Source: Escherichia phage vB_Eco_Titus. Taken from it: a stretch of DNA of 40,010 nucleotides. This document shows positions 17,359-28,026 of the stretch, piece by piece; the first letter of the stretch is position 1; the number at the start of each line of letters is the position of its first letter. The DNA lies in the sequence record OX090892. The stretch is one strand, 5' to 3'. The translations under genes were made by a program, and so were the position numbers. The notes below the pieces were generated by a model. That model was not told the DNA's origin. It saw only the letters and a program-made list of their open reading frames with translations, and made no database searches.

Positions 17359-19749
17359 ATGGGACTTGTCTCACAATCAATCAAGAACCTGAAGGGTGGT
17401 ATCAGTCAACAACCTGACATCCTTCGGTTTGCAGACCAAGGGGAGAAGCAAGTCAATGCGTTCTCCTCAGAGGTTGAGGGTCTACAGAAACGACCTCCAA
17501 GCACTCACGTCAACCGATTGGCAGACCACGGTGCTCTCAGTGAGAAACCTTATTGTCACGTAATCAACCGTGATGAACAAGAGAAGTACGTTCTGTTCTT
17601 CGGGAACAACACTGTGTACGCATACAATCTATTGACAGGTTTGTATGTTCCAGTGAACTTCCCTAGTGGTGCTTCTTACATTGCCACTGCGAACCCGCGT
17701 AAAGACTTACGAATGGTTACCGTAGCGGACTTCACCTTTATCATCAACCGTAATGTGGTAGTACAGGAAGGTTCCACTCGGACACCGATGCACTACCAAC
17801 AAGGTAAACATGGTCTTGTATATTGCCGTGGTGGCCAATATGCTCGTACCTATCAGATTATTCTGAATGGTGCAGTGCAGGCTACCTATACGGCTCCACT
17901 AGGTGACCAAGTAGCCCATGCCAAAGAGATTGACACTCAGTTTATCTTGACTAAGCTGGCAGAGAACTTCAACGCTAACCTAAGCCAACACGGATGGTCA
18001 GCGTCAGTTCAGGATGGTTACCTGTGGATTCAAGCAGGTGGAAACACTATCACTTCCCTGAAGGTAGTGGACGGCTTCAACGGGCAACTGTTGGATTGTA
18101 TAACTTATTCAGCACAGAAGACCGTAGACCTTCCGGTTACAGCTCCCGATAAATACCAAGTGTTAATCTCAGGAGATGCAGCTCAAGGTCAGGATGACTT
18201 CTGGGTTCAGTATGATGGTCAACGCCGTGTATGGACTGAAATCCCTGCACCTAACATCATTGCTGACCTGAACAAGAATACCATGCCTTGGGTGATGATT
18301 CGTGAGGCAGACGGTAACTTTACCCTACGTCCTACCGATTGGTCTACCCGTGGTAGTGGTGACGATGACACTAACCCGATGCCTTCCTTTGTGGGTCAGA
18401 CAATCAACGATGTGTTCTTCTTCCGTAACCGTTTAGGTTTTCTGAGCGGTGAGAACGTTGTGATGTCTGAGGCAGGGTCATACTTCAACTTCTTCCCTCG
18501 GTCTGTTGCTGTGACTTCTGATAGTGACCCTATTGACGTTGCTGTATCAACTAACCGGATTAGTATCTTGAAGTACGCTGTGCCATTCTCTGAGGAACTG
18601 CTATTATGGTCTGACCAAAGCCAGTTCGTAATGACTGCCGATGGTATTCTGACTCCTACGTCTGTCCGCTTGGATATGACCACTGAGTTCGAGGTGACCG
18701 ATAGTGCTCGCCCTTACGGTATTGGCCGTGGTGTTTACTTCATTGCACCTCGCGCTAAGTTCTCCTCAGTGCGGCGTTACTATGCTGTGCAGGACGTTAC
18801 TCAGGTGAAGAACGCTGAGGACGTTACAGCTCACGTACCGAGTTACATCCCTAATGGTGTACACAAAGTCACCGGTAGTTCCATTGAGAACTTGCTTACC
18901 GTGTTGACCGAGGGTGCTCCACATAAGGTGTTCCTTTACAAGTTCCTGTACTTGGAAGAACAGATTGCCCAGCAGTCTTGGTCTGAGTGGGACTTTGGGG
19001 AAGGTTCTCGTGTACTGTGCTGTGACATGATGGGAGCTATTATGCACCTCGTGATTGATGCCCCTTCTGGTATCTACATGGAACGCATTGAGTTCACTCA
19101 GAACACTAAGGACTATCCTAACGAACCGTACCGTTTGTATATGGACAGAAAGATTCGTTACACCATCCCTAGTGGCGCATACAACGATGACAACTTTGAG
19201 ACTACTATCTACTTGCAGAACGTGTATGGTGCTAAGCCTCAGTACGGTAAGTATTTCGTAGTGTTAGAATCTGGTGTCGTGTATGAGTTCGACCCGCCTG
19301 ATGGTGGTTGGGCTGCGTCAGATGGTGGTCTTCGCATCAACGGAAACCTTGAAGGTTACAACGTGTTCATCGGTGAGCAGTACACCATGCTGTATCAGTT
19401 CTCCAAGTTCCTTATTAAGTCTGTTGATACTAATGGTGGTACAACTACTGAGGACATCGGTCGCTTACAATTGCGCCGCGCTTGGGTTAACTACGACAAG
19501 TCAGGCGACTTCCGTATCCAAGTTGAGAATCAAGGTCGAGTGTTCACGTACAACATGACAGGTCGCCGCTTAGGGACTAAACAACTGGTACTTGGTGAGC
19601 AGAACCTAGATACAGGACAATTTAAGTACCCTGTGTCAGGTAACGCCAAGGTGGTTAACATTACGTTGCTATCCGATGCCCCAAGCCCTGTTGCTATCAT
19701 TGGTGGTGGATGGGAAGGTAACTACATCAGACGTTCATCTGGTATTTAA
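17359..19749 (+). CDS. 12: Tail tubular protein B (T7 gene 12 homologue)
   Basis: 796 aa, TAAGGAGG RBS; size and position match T7 gp12 (794 aa). Confidence 0.85.
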   Translation: MGLVSQSIKNLKGGISQQPDILRFADQGEKQVNAFSSEVEGLQKRPPSTHVNRLADHGALSEKPYCHVINRDEQEKYVLFFGNNTVYAYNLLTGLYVPVNFPSGASYIATANPRKDLRMVTVADFTFIINRNVVVQEGSTRTPMHYQQGKHGLVYCRGGQYARTYQIILNGAVQATYTAPLGDQVAHAKEIDTQFILTKLAENFNANLSQHGWSASVQDGYLWIQAGGNTITSLKVVDGFNGQLLDCITYSAQKTVDLPVTAPDKYQVLISGDAAQGQDDFWVQYDGQRRVWTEIPAPNIIADLNKNTMPWVMIREADGNFTLRPTDWSTRGSGDDDTNPMPSFVGQTINDVFFFRNRLGFLSGENVVMSEAGSYFNFFPRSVAVTSDSDPIDVAVSTNRISILKYAVPFSEELLLWSDQSQFVMTADGILTPTSVRLDMTTEFEVTDSARPYGIGRGVYFIAPRAKFSSVRRYYAVQDVTQVKNAEDVTAHVPSYIPNGVHKVTGSSIENLLTVLTEGAPHKVFLYKFLYLEEQIAQQSWSEWDFGEGSRVLCCDMMGAIMHLVIDAPSGIYMERIEFTQNTKDYPNEPYRLYMDRKIRYTIPSGAYNDDNFETTIYLQNVYGAKPQYGKYFVVLESGVVYEFDPPDGGWAASDGGLRINGNLEGYNVFIGEQYTMLYQFSKFLIKSVDTNGGTTTEDIGRLQLRRAWVNYDKSGDFRIQVENQGRVFTYNMTGRRLGTKQLVLGEQNLDTGQFKYPVSGNAKVVNITLLSDAPSPVAIIGGGWEGNYIRRSSGI

Positions 19750-19766
19750 CACCCACTATTGGAGAC
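19743..19766 (+). promoter_or_regulatory. Phage RNAP promoter (variant TATTTAACACCCACTATTGGAGAC), +1 G at 19761, with leader hairpin
   Basis: Promoter family; overlaps gp12 stop; leader GAGGGTCACT..AGTGGCTCTC can form a ~10-bp stem; drives dNK and gene 13. Confidence 0.55.
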
Positions 19767-19826
19767 ATAACACCCACAACCTGAGGGTCACTATATTTAG
19801 TGGCTCTCTTTTATGGAGGAATTTTA

Positions 19827-20456
19827 ATGAGAATTGTAGTTATTGAAGCTAACATTGGTGCAGGTAAATCCACTTTGTTACAACCTCTTGTGGATGAACT
19901 TCAGCTATGGTCTGGTGAAGATTGGGACTTAGTGATTGAACCAGTAGACCAAGACCCTGAGTTCCACCGTCTGTTGAAAGAAATGATTGCCGATATGTCT
20001 AACCCAGACAAGCGTATTCGTTTCCAGATGTACCTGACCGAGCAGCGTCAACAACTGTTAAAGAACTTACCTGATGGAAACTATGTCGTTGAACGCTCTC
20101 TGTTCAGTGACCTTGTGTTCTCCCAGATGTATTTCTTAACGACTGAGAAACCTTCTGCCGAGTACATGAATTATTACTACAACATCAAGGAACGTCTGAA
20201 AGACTACCCTCAGATTGATTGTGTCGTGTACTTAGACCGTGACCCTGCGTCTTGCCATGAGTCCATCATCAAGCGTGGTCGTGAAGGTGAGCACTATGAG
20301 ATGCACTATCTGGAAGACCTAAAGCGTTTCCACGATGCGTGTCTACCTCAGATTGCTCGTGAGTATAACACTAAGCTAATCACTGTGGACTTAGGTAAGA
20401 CCTATGCTCTGCCTTCTGTGATTGCTGCTGATGTAATGGAGCACTTATATGGCTAA
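19827..20456 (+). CDS. Deoxynucleoside kinase (dCK/dGK/dNK family), 209 aa
   Basis: ATG at 19827 with GGAGG upstream; N-terminal P-loop VIEANIGAGKSTL (family consensus IEGNI.xGKST), ERS motif (VVERSLFSD), lid IIKRGREGE; track start 19800 is GTG in the leader. Confidence 0.7.
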   Translation: MRIVVIEANIGAGKSTLLQPLVDELQLWSGEDWDLVIEPVDQDPEFHRLLKEMIADMSNPDKRIRFQMYLTEQRQQLLKNLPDGNYVVERSLFSDLVFSQMYFLTTEKPSAEYMNYYYNIKERLKDYPQIDCVVYLDRDPASCHESIIKRGREGEHYEMHYLEDLKRFHDACLPQIAREYNTKLITVDLGKTYALPSVIAADVMEHLYG

Positions 20457-20946
20457 TGAAATGAAACCTATGTTTACTAAAGTCAAAGCTACTCTGGAAC
20501 ATGCAGACCGCTTGTCTCAGAATTTGTCCATTGAGGACTGCAACGAACTGGTAGCCAGCGGGTCTTTACGTGAAGACTATGAACTGCGTGATGTTCGTAA
20601 TCTGCTTCGCACTTGTGTTCAATTCGGTGGTGATGTTTATACCATCTTAGACCAATATCAAGTACCTATCATGATTGGTGGGGTAGCTGAAGATATGGGC
20701 TACTTTGGTGCTGGCACAGTGTGGATGCTGACCAGTAAGACTGCTTCAATGCGTCCAGCCACTCAACGTGCAGAACTTCTGTTAATGTTGTCAGACCATC
20801 TGAACCTGTGCTTGCAGAAGTACGTTAAGCTGCACAATGTGATGTGGAAGAAGAACACTGGTCATTATCGCTTCTTGTATAACCTTGGTGCTAAGTTCCG
20901 AGAGATTCCAGATAAGCCTGACTTCCTGTACTTCAGCTTTGAATAA
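20449..20946 (+). CDS. Internal virion protein, gp13-like (165 aa)
   Basis: Position between dNK and gp14; weak similarity to remembered T7 gp13 (GTVW..., ...RFL..LGA.F). Confidence 0.55.
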   Translation: MANEMKPMFTKVKATLEHADRLSQNLSIEDCNELVASGSLREDYELRDVRNLLRTCVQFGGDVYTILDQYQVPIMIGGVAEDMGYFGAGTVWMLTSKTASMRPATQRAELLLMLSDHLNLCLQKYVKLHNVMWKKNTGHYRFLYNLGAKFREIPDKPDFLYFSFE

Positions 20947-20957
20947 GGAGGTGCAAT

Positions 20958-21527
20958 ATGTGTGACCCCGCGTCAATCACAATGGCTACAATCGGGGTGG
21001 GAAGCTCTCTGATTGATGCCAAGAATCAGAACAAAGCGTATGCTGCTGGTGAGTTAGCAAGACGTAAACAACTCATGCAGATGGTACGTCAGGCCAACAC
21101 TCAGGATGCGAACCTTCAGTTACAAGACAAGTCTAACTTCGAGGCTGCTATCCAAGAGCTTGAGAAGGCAACGATGGACTCTGTGAAAGCACAGGGTACT
21201 GTCCAGACTGCTATGGCTGAAAGTAACCTTGAGGGTCGCTCTATGGAACGTACAAAACGTGATGTAGAGAATGTCTACCTGCGTACCAAGGGCATGATTA
21301 ACGAGAACTATGAGCGTGATTATGCAAACATCTATGCTCAACGTGTCTCTAACCGTGATAACCTGATTGCTGCCATCGAGGGTATGCCTCCACTTCAGCG
21401 TCCTGACCCACTGTCCCAAGGACTCAATGTGGTCACTGCTGGTGTACAAGGTGCTATTGTTGGTAGTAACATCTGGGGAACTTACAAGAAGACTCCTCAG
21501 TTCGGAAATACAGGAGTAACTAAATGA
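20958..21527 (+). CDS. 14: Internal virion protein A (T7 gene 14 homologue)
   Basis: 189 aa; TAAGGAGG RBS; ...RRKQLMQMVRQAN.QDA.L.LQ, LEGRSMER.KR, ENY.RDY..I.AQ resemble T7 gp14. Confidence 0.8.
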   Translation: MCDPASITMATIGVGSSLIDAKNQNKAYAAGELARRKQLMQMVRQANTQDANLQLQDKSNFEAAIQELEKATMDSVKAQGTVQTAMAESNLEGRSMERTKRDVENVYLRTKGMINENYERDYANIYAQRVSNRDNLIAAIEGMPPLQRPDPLSQGLNVVTAGVQGAIVGSNIWGTYKKTPQFGNTGVTK

Positions 21528-23602
21528 GTAAACTTCAACAGGCTTTAGCCTCAGTTAAAGCTCCCACTGTTTCCATCAAAGGTGTACAAGGTGCAACGTT
21601 CACTGCCCAAAATGTGCAAGCACAGCAAACCAATCAGACCAACTACTCAGGTCAGTTGTTAGGCATTGCACAGCTAGGGTCACAACTCTATGCAGACTAT
21701 GTAGACCGTAGAGAGAAACAAGGGAAAGAAAGAGCTGCGGAAATCCTGATGAAGAAGATGCAGCCTGAACAGATTCGTGAACTACGACAGTCAGGCGCTC
21801 TGCTCTATCAAGATGACCCGTACGCCATGCGTGCTCTTGAACGTGAATTAGGTCGTCAGGAGGCATACAACGTTGACGCTATGGTTCGTGAACGTATTGC
21901 CAATGGCGACTACCCAACTCGTGCAGCAATGGAACAAGACCGTAGTGATATGATGGAGTCTGCCCGTGATGGTATGGCTCAGACTTACGGTATTGAACCA
22001 ACGTCAGAGTATTTCCGTGAGGGTATGCAAGCTGATATTGTTGAGCGCAATATGGCTATCTATGATGCTCAAGCACGTAAGCAAGACCAACGTCACCGCA
22101 ACGAAGCCCGTGTAGTCATTGAGTCTAACTTAGGTTCACTGGTCAATTCGGGCAATGGTGGTCACGTTCTGTCTTACCTTCAGGACATGAAGAACAAAGG
22201 TGTTATCCGCAATGATGCTGAGTTTGAAACTTATGCTATCAAAGCGGTGAAAGACCTGTCTCAACGTCCTAACAGCATTGACCAAGTTCGTGCCATTATG
22301 GACTCGGACATTCCGCTGTACGGAGGTAAGACAACCTTACGTGCCCGTCTTGGTGAAGAAATGTTCCGTAACTTCGAGAACTCCGCTGCTGAGTCTACAT
22401 TGCGTAACAATCAAGAGACGCAACGGTGGTTCACCCAGACGTTAAACTATGTGGCTAACCCAGACCTGACACAAGATGGTGCTGAGTTACAAGCATACGA
22501 TAACCTTGCGAAGTTAGAACAATTTGCTAACCAGACACAAGGTACTGAACAAGCGACTGCTGTACGACAACAAATTGAGCAGGCTAAGATTCAGCTTGAG
22601 AATAAACTCCGAGCTAAGAACCAAGCCAAGCAGAAAGAGTTAGCTAAACAGCAACAGCAATACGTTCGGTTAGCTGCGATTGATGAACGTGTGGAAGGTC
22701 GTCTAAGTGGTGACAATCAGTTATCCCTGAAGTTGGATAGCTTTGAGTCAAATGAAACCACTGGTGAATACACTAAGAATGACCTCAACGCTTACTATCG
22801 CATGAAGATGGACGAGATTAAGAACGACCCTCAAATGTCTCAGGAACAGAAGGCACTCAAGGTGTTGAACATCGGGGCACTACTGAAGGATGAAGACAAA
22901 GCGGGATTTAGCGCCCACTTTGGGGAGATGATTAACTCGGCCACTCAGGAACTCAACAAGTACGGTGTCGCCTTAGATGCTGGCGCTGAGTTACCTCCGA
23001 CTCCTACCTTGGATTCCATGATGGAGTTGTATAAAGCTGATAAGCAGAAGTTTGTCAGTGTGTTCGGTTCAGAGTCGTCTTTGATTACTGACCTAGCGGC
23101 AGGTGCTACACTTGGTGTTCACCCTGCACGTATCGCACAAGGTCGTATCGTCTTGGATAAGATGCCTAAGGATGCTCGAATGGCTATGTCATTAGAGTTC
23201 CAGAACATGATGTCTAAGACTGATGACATCTATAACTCGCTGCCTGATACTCAGAAGGAAAGCCTACAAGCTGCCTATGTGGGTATGTCTGGCTTGTCTA
23301 ATGCAGACCGAGTGAAGGTACTGAACGAACACCTGAAAGACCAATATCAATCACTGACTGACCGTGGATGGTTTAACACTGGTCATGTACGTGGAGTAGT
23401 CCCTAAGACTTTCCTTATGGGCGACCCTACCAATCCATCTTCTGTGGATGTCGGTAAGGCTAAACTTCAGAAGTACATTACCACTGAGTTCGGTGATAAC
23501 GGCCTGACAAGCGTCTCTGCTGTTGGTGATACCCTCCTGTTGTGGAATACCCTGCGTAATACGCCTCGGTATCTGACCAAGGAGGAGTTGATGAAGTATT
23601 AA
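21524..23602 (+). CDS. 15: Internal virion protein B (T7 gene 15 homologue)
   Basis: 692 aa; position and size comparable to T7 gp15 (747 aa); start overlaps gp14 stop. Confidence 0.75.
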   Translation: MSKLQQALASVKAPTVSIKGVQGATFTAQNVQAQQTNQTNYSGQLLGIAQLGSQLYADYVDRREKQGKERAAEILMKKMQPEQIRELRQSGALLYQDDPYAMRALERELGRQEAYNVDAMVRERIANGDYPTRAAMEQDRSDMMESARDGMAQTYGIEPTSEYFREGMQADIVERNMAIYDAQARKQDQRHRNEARVVIESNLGSLVNSGNGGHVLSYLQDMKNKGVIRNDAEFETYAIKAVKDLSQRPNSIDQVRAIMDSDIPLYGGKTTLRARLGEEMFRNFENSAAESTLRNNQETQRWFTQTLNYVANPDLTQDGAELQAYDNLAKLEQFANQTQGTEQATAVRQQIEQAKIQLENKLRAKNQAKQKELAKQQQQYVRLAAIDERVEGRLSGDNQLSLKLDSFESNETTGEYTKNDLNAYYRMKMDEIKNDPQMSQEQKALKVLNIGALLKDEDKAGFSAHFGEMINSATQELNKYGVALDAGAELPPTPTLDSMMELYKADKQKFVSVFGSESSLITDLAAGATLGVHPARIAQGRIVLDKMPKDARMAMSLEFQNMMSKTDDIYNSLPDTQKESLQAAYVGMSGLSNADRVKVLNEHLKDQYQSLTDRGWFNTGHVRGVVPKTFLMGDPTNPSSVDVGKAKLQKYITTEFGDNGLTSVSAVGDTLLLWNTLRNTPRYLTKEELMKY

Positions 23603-23624
23603 TAACACGTAAGGAGGACTTTCA

Positions 23625-26600
23625 ATGAGTTATTCAACTGATACGTCCTCCACTTCAATGTATCAACGACTGAAGGCATTGAGTGGAGACACACACGGAT
23701 TAATTACTACCGCTGGCAATGAGCTTGGATTACCTGAAGGCCAAGCTCTGAAGGTTGGTATGATTGAGTCCGGCTTAAAGGCTGATGCCAGTTCTGGTGT
23801 AGCCAAAGGTCTATTCCAATTCACCAAGACTACTTGGGATGCAATGAAGCAGAAGTATGGTGCTGAGTATGGTATCGACCCTACCGCTTCCCGTACTGAC
23901 CCTGTAGCTAACACTATCCTTGGTGTGGCTTACCTGAAAGAGAACGCAACAAACTATCAGTCAACCTTCGGTAAAGACCCTGAGTTGGTAGACCTATACA
24001 TGGGTCACTTCTTGGGTCAGTCTGGTCGTAACCAATTCCTGAAAGCAATGGAACAGAATCCTAATGCTCCGGCTTATGCTGTGGTAGGTAAACGTTCTGT
24101 AGCTAACAACAAAGATGTCTTCTTCAAGAAAGACGGTACTGCTCGCACACTGAATGAAGTGTATCAAATGTACTCTAACAAACTGAGTGCAACCGAGCTG
24201 GAACAGGACATGAAGACCGACCGTTTGAAGATGGACATTCAGGATGAATTGTTGTGGAAAACTCTAGGGCGTAGCCAAGACGGAAGTGCTAACGCAACAT
24301 TGTCAACCGGAACTGCACCAAGTACACCAAACTTTGACGTCTCCCTTAGTGACTCCAAGCCTCAGTCTATCGCTGACGCTCTTAGCAGCTACGGTTTGCA
24401 AAAGCCTGAAGATACTGTAGAGAAGGACGAACGGTCTTTCTTTGATGGTGCTTGGGAAGCTGCCAAAGCGGAAATCCGATTGTCACCTATTGGTCGTGAC
24501 CTACGTGAAAAGTACATTCAGTCAGGTGCTCCGGTAGAGTGGGACTCTGCGGCTGCTGCTCTGCGTGAGTCATTCAGTGGTCTGTCTCAAAGTGAAATGT
24601 TCACAGGTAACATCAATCCGTTAGAGCCTATGGACATTACGCCTGAGATGTGGAACACAATCCTGAGCAACGGTGTAGACAAGAAGTGGATGGAGTACAT
24701 CAAGATGTCCGCTAACCCACAAGACCTTGTTAACCGTGTTCAAATGGCTCAAGAGATGCAACGTGCAGACCAAGCACGACAAGCGGCTGCTACAGGTGGA
24801 CAGTTAGTCGGTGGTATTGCTGGTGCATTCGGTGACCCATTGACGTTCGCTACTGGTGGTACATCCGCTGGTGGTAGCTTAATGACTCGCCTCTTTGTGG
24901 CTGGTACTGAAGCTGCTGCTGGTAATGCTGCCAATGAGTTCTCACTGAGTCAGGAGACACGAGGTGGTGTAGAGACTAACATTGCGGCTGCTGCCTTAGG
25001 TGGCTTTGCTGGGGGTGTAGCTCTGCGTGGCCTAGGTGAAGCATTCACTAATATGTCTGCTGCTGGTCGTATGAGAGCACGTCAAGAGTCTATTGATGCT
25101 GGTGTACCGGATGTTACTGCCCGACCTGATGTGGAAGTACCTGAAGGCAAGACTTGGGTTGAGAAACCTGATGAAGCTGGTGCTGTAGTTGATGAACTCG
25201 GTAACACTCACTCTGCCACATCCTTCGGTAATCCTAAGGTAATGGAAGCTGTGGAAGCTAACAAAGGTATCGAACTTGGTGGCCTTAACTCCATCAGCTA
25301 CGACCTGCTTCGCAGTGAGTCCACTGAGACTCGTACCATTGCACAGGACTTAGTGCGTTCACCTACAGGTATCAAAGGTGGTGGCTCAGGTGTCACTCGT
25401 ATGACCGCTGAGGACTATCTGGGACGACTTGAAGGGCAAGACAACCTAATCTATACCCAAGCGATGAAAGCTCGTGAGAAAGCCTATGAGCACTCTATGT
25501 TCGACCTTCAAGGTGGGCGTAATGCTCGTGAAGCTATGGAACGACAAGTAGTCGAGGCCATTGAGTCCGGTGACTTCAGCCGACTCACTCCTGAGATGAA
25601 AGAGTATGCAGACCTGTTGACTACCAACTTCACGGAGAAACACTATGCAGCCTCAAACATTGCAGCACTGAGTGGCAACGCTGATGCACCTAATGTACTG
25701 ACCTCCACGATTGACCCTAAGCGTTACGTCCCTGCTATCTATGAAGAAGGTAAGGTGATTGACGCTAAGATGCGGTTTGACCCTGAAGGTAAGTACGAAG
25801 GTCTGTACAACGAGATTCAAGCAAATTGGACTGCTCAATGGAAGAACAACCACAACGGTGTTCGTGAGCGTATGAAAGCCTTGTTTGATGAAGACAACTC
25901 TAAGTTCGCAGAAGACTTACGCGCTAAGTTGACCAAGGACAAGGAGCTGGATGTTGTACCTGAGGGTAAACAGAAGTCTGCCCGTATGGAGAAACAAGAG
26001 GGTATCCAAGCCAAGATTAGCAAGGCTGAGGAACTGCGTCAGAAGAACGCTGTCAAGTTACAGAAAGCACGTAAACCTGAAACTAGAGCTAAGTATGAGG
26101 GTCTTGTACAGAAGTATGACAAGCAATTGTCTGAACTGAAGACAGAACTCGAAATGACTAAGCCTATGGATGAAGACAAGCTGCTGGAAATCTATGCACA
26201 GCGTTACATCGAGCGTAAGTCCTACGGTATTGCCAAGAATGGTGAGTTCACCCACTCGTCTTCTCTTGAGGATGTAGACCTGAGTGATTCACTGGTAGGT
26301 ATCGAAAATAACAACTTCACCCAAGAGCGTAACATCTTTGATATGGCCTATGAGTCTATCGCTAAGGATGGTGAACCGTTCTCTCTGAATGACCTCCGTC
26401 ACTTCGATATGATGAACGCTATGTCAATGTACAACAAGCGCATGAACGGTGATATTGCTATCCATGCCTCAACAGGTAAGACAACGAAAGACCTCAAAGA
26501 TGCTATCGTAGCGTTGCCTGAAGGCCGTGACCGTACTAACCTTGACCAACTGACCCGATTGATTACTGGCCGCCGTAGAGCTGAAGACCCTGCGTCTGCC

Positions 26601-27950
26601 TTGGTGACTGCAATTCGTGGTCTGCAAGATTGGTCGTTCCTGTCTAACTCTGCGCAGATGTGGGTGAACAACCTAACTGAAGTATCAGGGTGGGCAACTA
26701 ACCGGATGATGTTTGTGGCTCGTAATGGTGTCAAAGGTCTGAACCAACTGTTGAACCCAGAAACGAAGTTCTCTAAGGCTGACCTGAAGGACTTTGCTGA
26801 TGGTCTGTTCGGCTATGACCTGAACACTTCGTTGTTACCTTCCTACCGGAACATCAAAGACCAACTGATTAAGACAGGTGCTAGCGAACGTGCTGCTTCA
26901 ATCGCTGCTGGTATTCGTACAAGTGGTGCATTGGCTGCAAGTCATAAGTACAACATCTACACTAAGCTGTTGAACAAGACTACTGAAGGTCTGGTCAATA
27001 TGGCACGTAGTGGTGTACTGAGTGACATCACACACGAAGCATTCGGTGGTGTGCGTATCAATAAGGCTATCTTGAGGAATGCCTCAATCACTGAGAAACA
27101 GTATGCAGGTGTCTTGGATATGTTACGTCAGCACATCAAAGTGCAAGACGGTAAGTATGTCCCTGATGTGCAGGCCATTAAGCGTGACGTTAGGTCTAAT
27201 GACCTGTGGCGCTTAGCGGACTACATTGCGTCTGACTCTGTGATGCGAACAAACAAGGTGGGCTTCAACTATGTGGCTAAACCTAATGCCTTTATGAACC
27301 TTGCGTTGCAGTTCAAGTCCTTCATGTTGAAGGGTCTGAATGCTCGCACTGTTCGTATGTGGCATGAGTCATTCCAAGGTAAGTCTATTGACAACGCTAT
27401 GCGAGTTATCGTTGGTGCTGGTATCACTGGTGCTATCTGGGCTGCACAGGCTCACTACCGTTCTATTGGTATTCCACCTGAGCAACGCCAAGAGTACCTT
27501 GAGCGTATGTTAGACCCTAGCATGGTAGCTTATCAGGCATTCTCACGTAGTGCTGAGATGGGTACTGTACTTGGTGGTGTAAACCTCGCGTTGACTCCAT
27601 TCACAGACAGTGACCTGTTCCGTTTAGGTCGTTCTACCGTAGACCCTGTACGGGCTATGAAAGGACGCTCACCTTTACGTGCAGACGTTCTGAATCAACA
27701 AGCTGTCGGTGAACAACTTGGTGACGCTGTGTACAACACAATGCCAGCCTTGAAGTTCATTGGTACTGCTGGTGTCCTTCCGGCTAACGCTGTGCAATGG
27801 GCACTTGCCGACCACGGCTATCAGTCTGACATGCAGGCTCGTACCTTCTTTGAGAACTTAGCGTCTGCTGCTCCTAATGCTCCTGAGATTCAGTGGTTAA
27901 TCGGGATGATGGCACAAGATGCAGGTGCTTCAGGTAAGGGTATGTGGTAA
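23625..27950 (+). CDS. 16: Internal virion protein C with N-terminal lytic transglycosylase domain (T7 gene 16 homologue)
   Basis: 1441 aa; N-terminal SLT-like motif (..GLFQFTKTTWDAM..), position before tail fibre. Confidence 0.85.
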   Translation: MSYSTDTSSTSMYQRLKALSGDTHGLITTAGNELGLPEGQALKVGMIESGLKADASSGVAKGLFQFTKTTWDAMKQKYGAEYGIDPTASRTDPVANTILGVAYLKENATNYQSTFGKDPELVDLYMGHFLGQSGRNQFLKAMEQNPNAPAYAVVGKRSVANNKDVFFKKDGTARTLNEVYQMYSNKLSATELEQDMKTDRLKMDIQDELLWKTLGRSQDGSANATLSTGTAPSTPNFDVSLSDSKPQSIADALSSYGLQKPEDTVEKDERSFFDGAWEAAKAEIRLSPIGRDLREKYIQSGAPVEWDSAAAALRESFSGLSQSEMFTGNINPLEPMDITPEMWNTILSNGVDKKWMEYIKMSANPQDLVNRVQMAQEMQRADQARQAAATGGQLVGGIAGAFGDPLTFATGGTSAGGSLMTRLFVAGTEAAAGNAANEFSLSQETRGGVETNIAAAALGGFAGGVALRGLGEAFTNMSAAGRMRARQESIDAGVPDVTARPDVEVPEGKTWVEKPDEAGAVVDELGNTHSATSFGNPKVMEAVEANKGIELGGLNSISYDLLRSESTETRTIAQDLVRSPTGIKGGGSGVTRMTAEDYLGRLEGQDNLIYTQAMKAREKAYEHSMFDLQGGRNAREAMERQVVEAIESGDFSRLTPEMKEYADLLTTNFTEKHYAASNIAALSGNADAPNVLTSTIDPKRYVPAIYEEGKVIDAKMRFDPEGKYEGLYNEIQANWTAQWKNNHNGVRERMKALFDEDNSKFAEDLRAKLTKDKELDVVPEGKQKSARMEKQEGIQAKISKAEELRQKNAVKLQKARKPETRAKYEGLVQKYDKQLSELKTELEMTKPMDEDKLLEIYAQRYIERKSYGIAKNGEFTHSSSLEDVDLSDSLVGIENNNFTQERNIFDMAYESIAKDGEPFSLNDLRHFDMMNAMSMYNKRMNGDIAIHASTGKTTKDLKDAIVALPEGRDRTNLDQLTRLITGRRRAEDPASALVTAIRGLQDWSFLSNSAQMWVNNLTEVSGWATNRMMFVARNGVKGLNQLLNPETKFSKADLKDFADGLFGYDLNTSLLPSYRNIKDQLIKTGASERAASIAAGIRTSGALAASHKYNIYTKLLNKTTEGLVNMARSGVLSDITHEAFGGVRINKAILRNASITEKQYAGVLDMLRQHIKVQDGKYVPDVQAIKRDVRSNDLWRLADYIASDSVMRTNKVGFNYVAKPNAFMNLALQFKSFMLKGLNARTVRMWHESFQGKSIDNAMRVIVGAGITGAIWAAQAHYRSIGIPPEQRQEYLERMLDPSMVAYQAFSRSAEMGTVLGGVNLALTPFTDSDLFRLGRSTVDPVRAMKGRSPLRADVLNQQAVGEQLGDAVYNTMPALKFIGTAGVLPANAVQWALADHGYQSDMQARTFFENLASAAPNAPEIQWLIGMMAQDAGASGKGMW

Positions 27951-27971
27951 TTAACACCCACTATTGGAGAG
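27948..27971 (+). promoter_or_regulatory. Phage RNAP promoter (TAATTAACACCCACTATTGGAGAG), +1 G at 27966, with leader hairpin
   Basis: Overlaps gp16 stop; leader GAGGGAG..CTCCCT can pair; phi17 equivalent. Confidence 0.6.
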
Positions 27972-28026
27972 GGAGGCTAAATGTCTCCCTACTTAATGTC
28001 TATAACAATTAGTGTAAGGAGGATAA

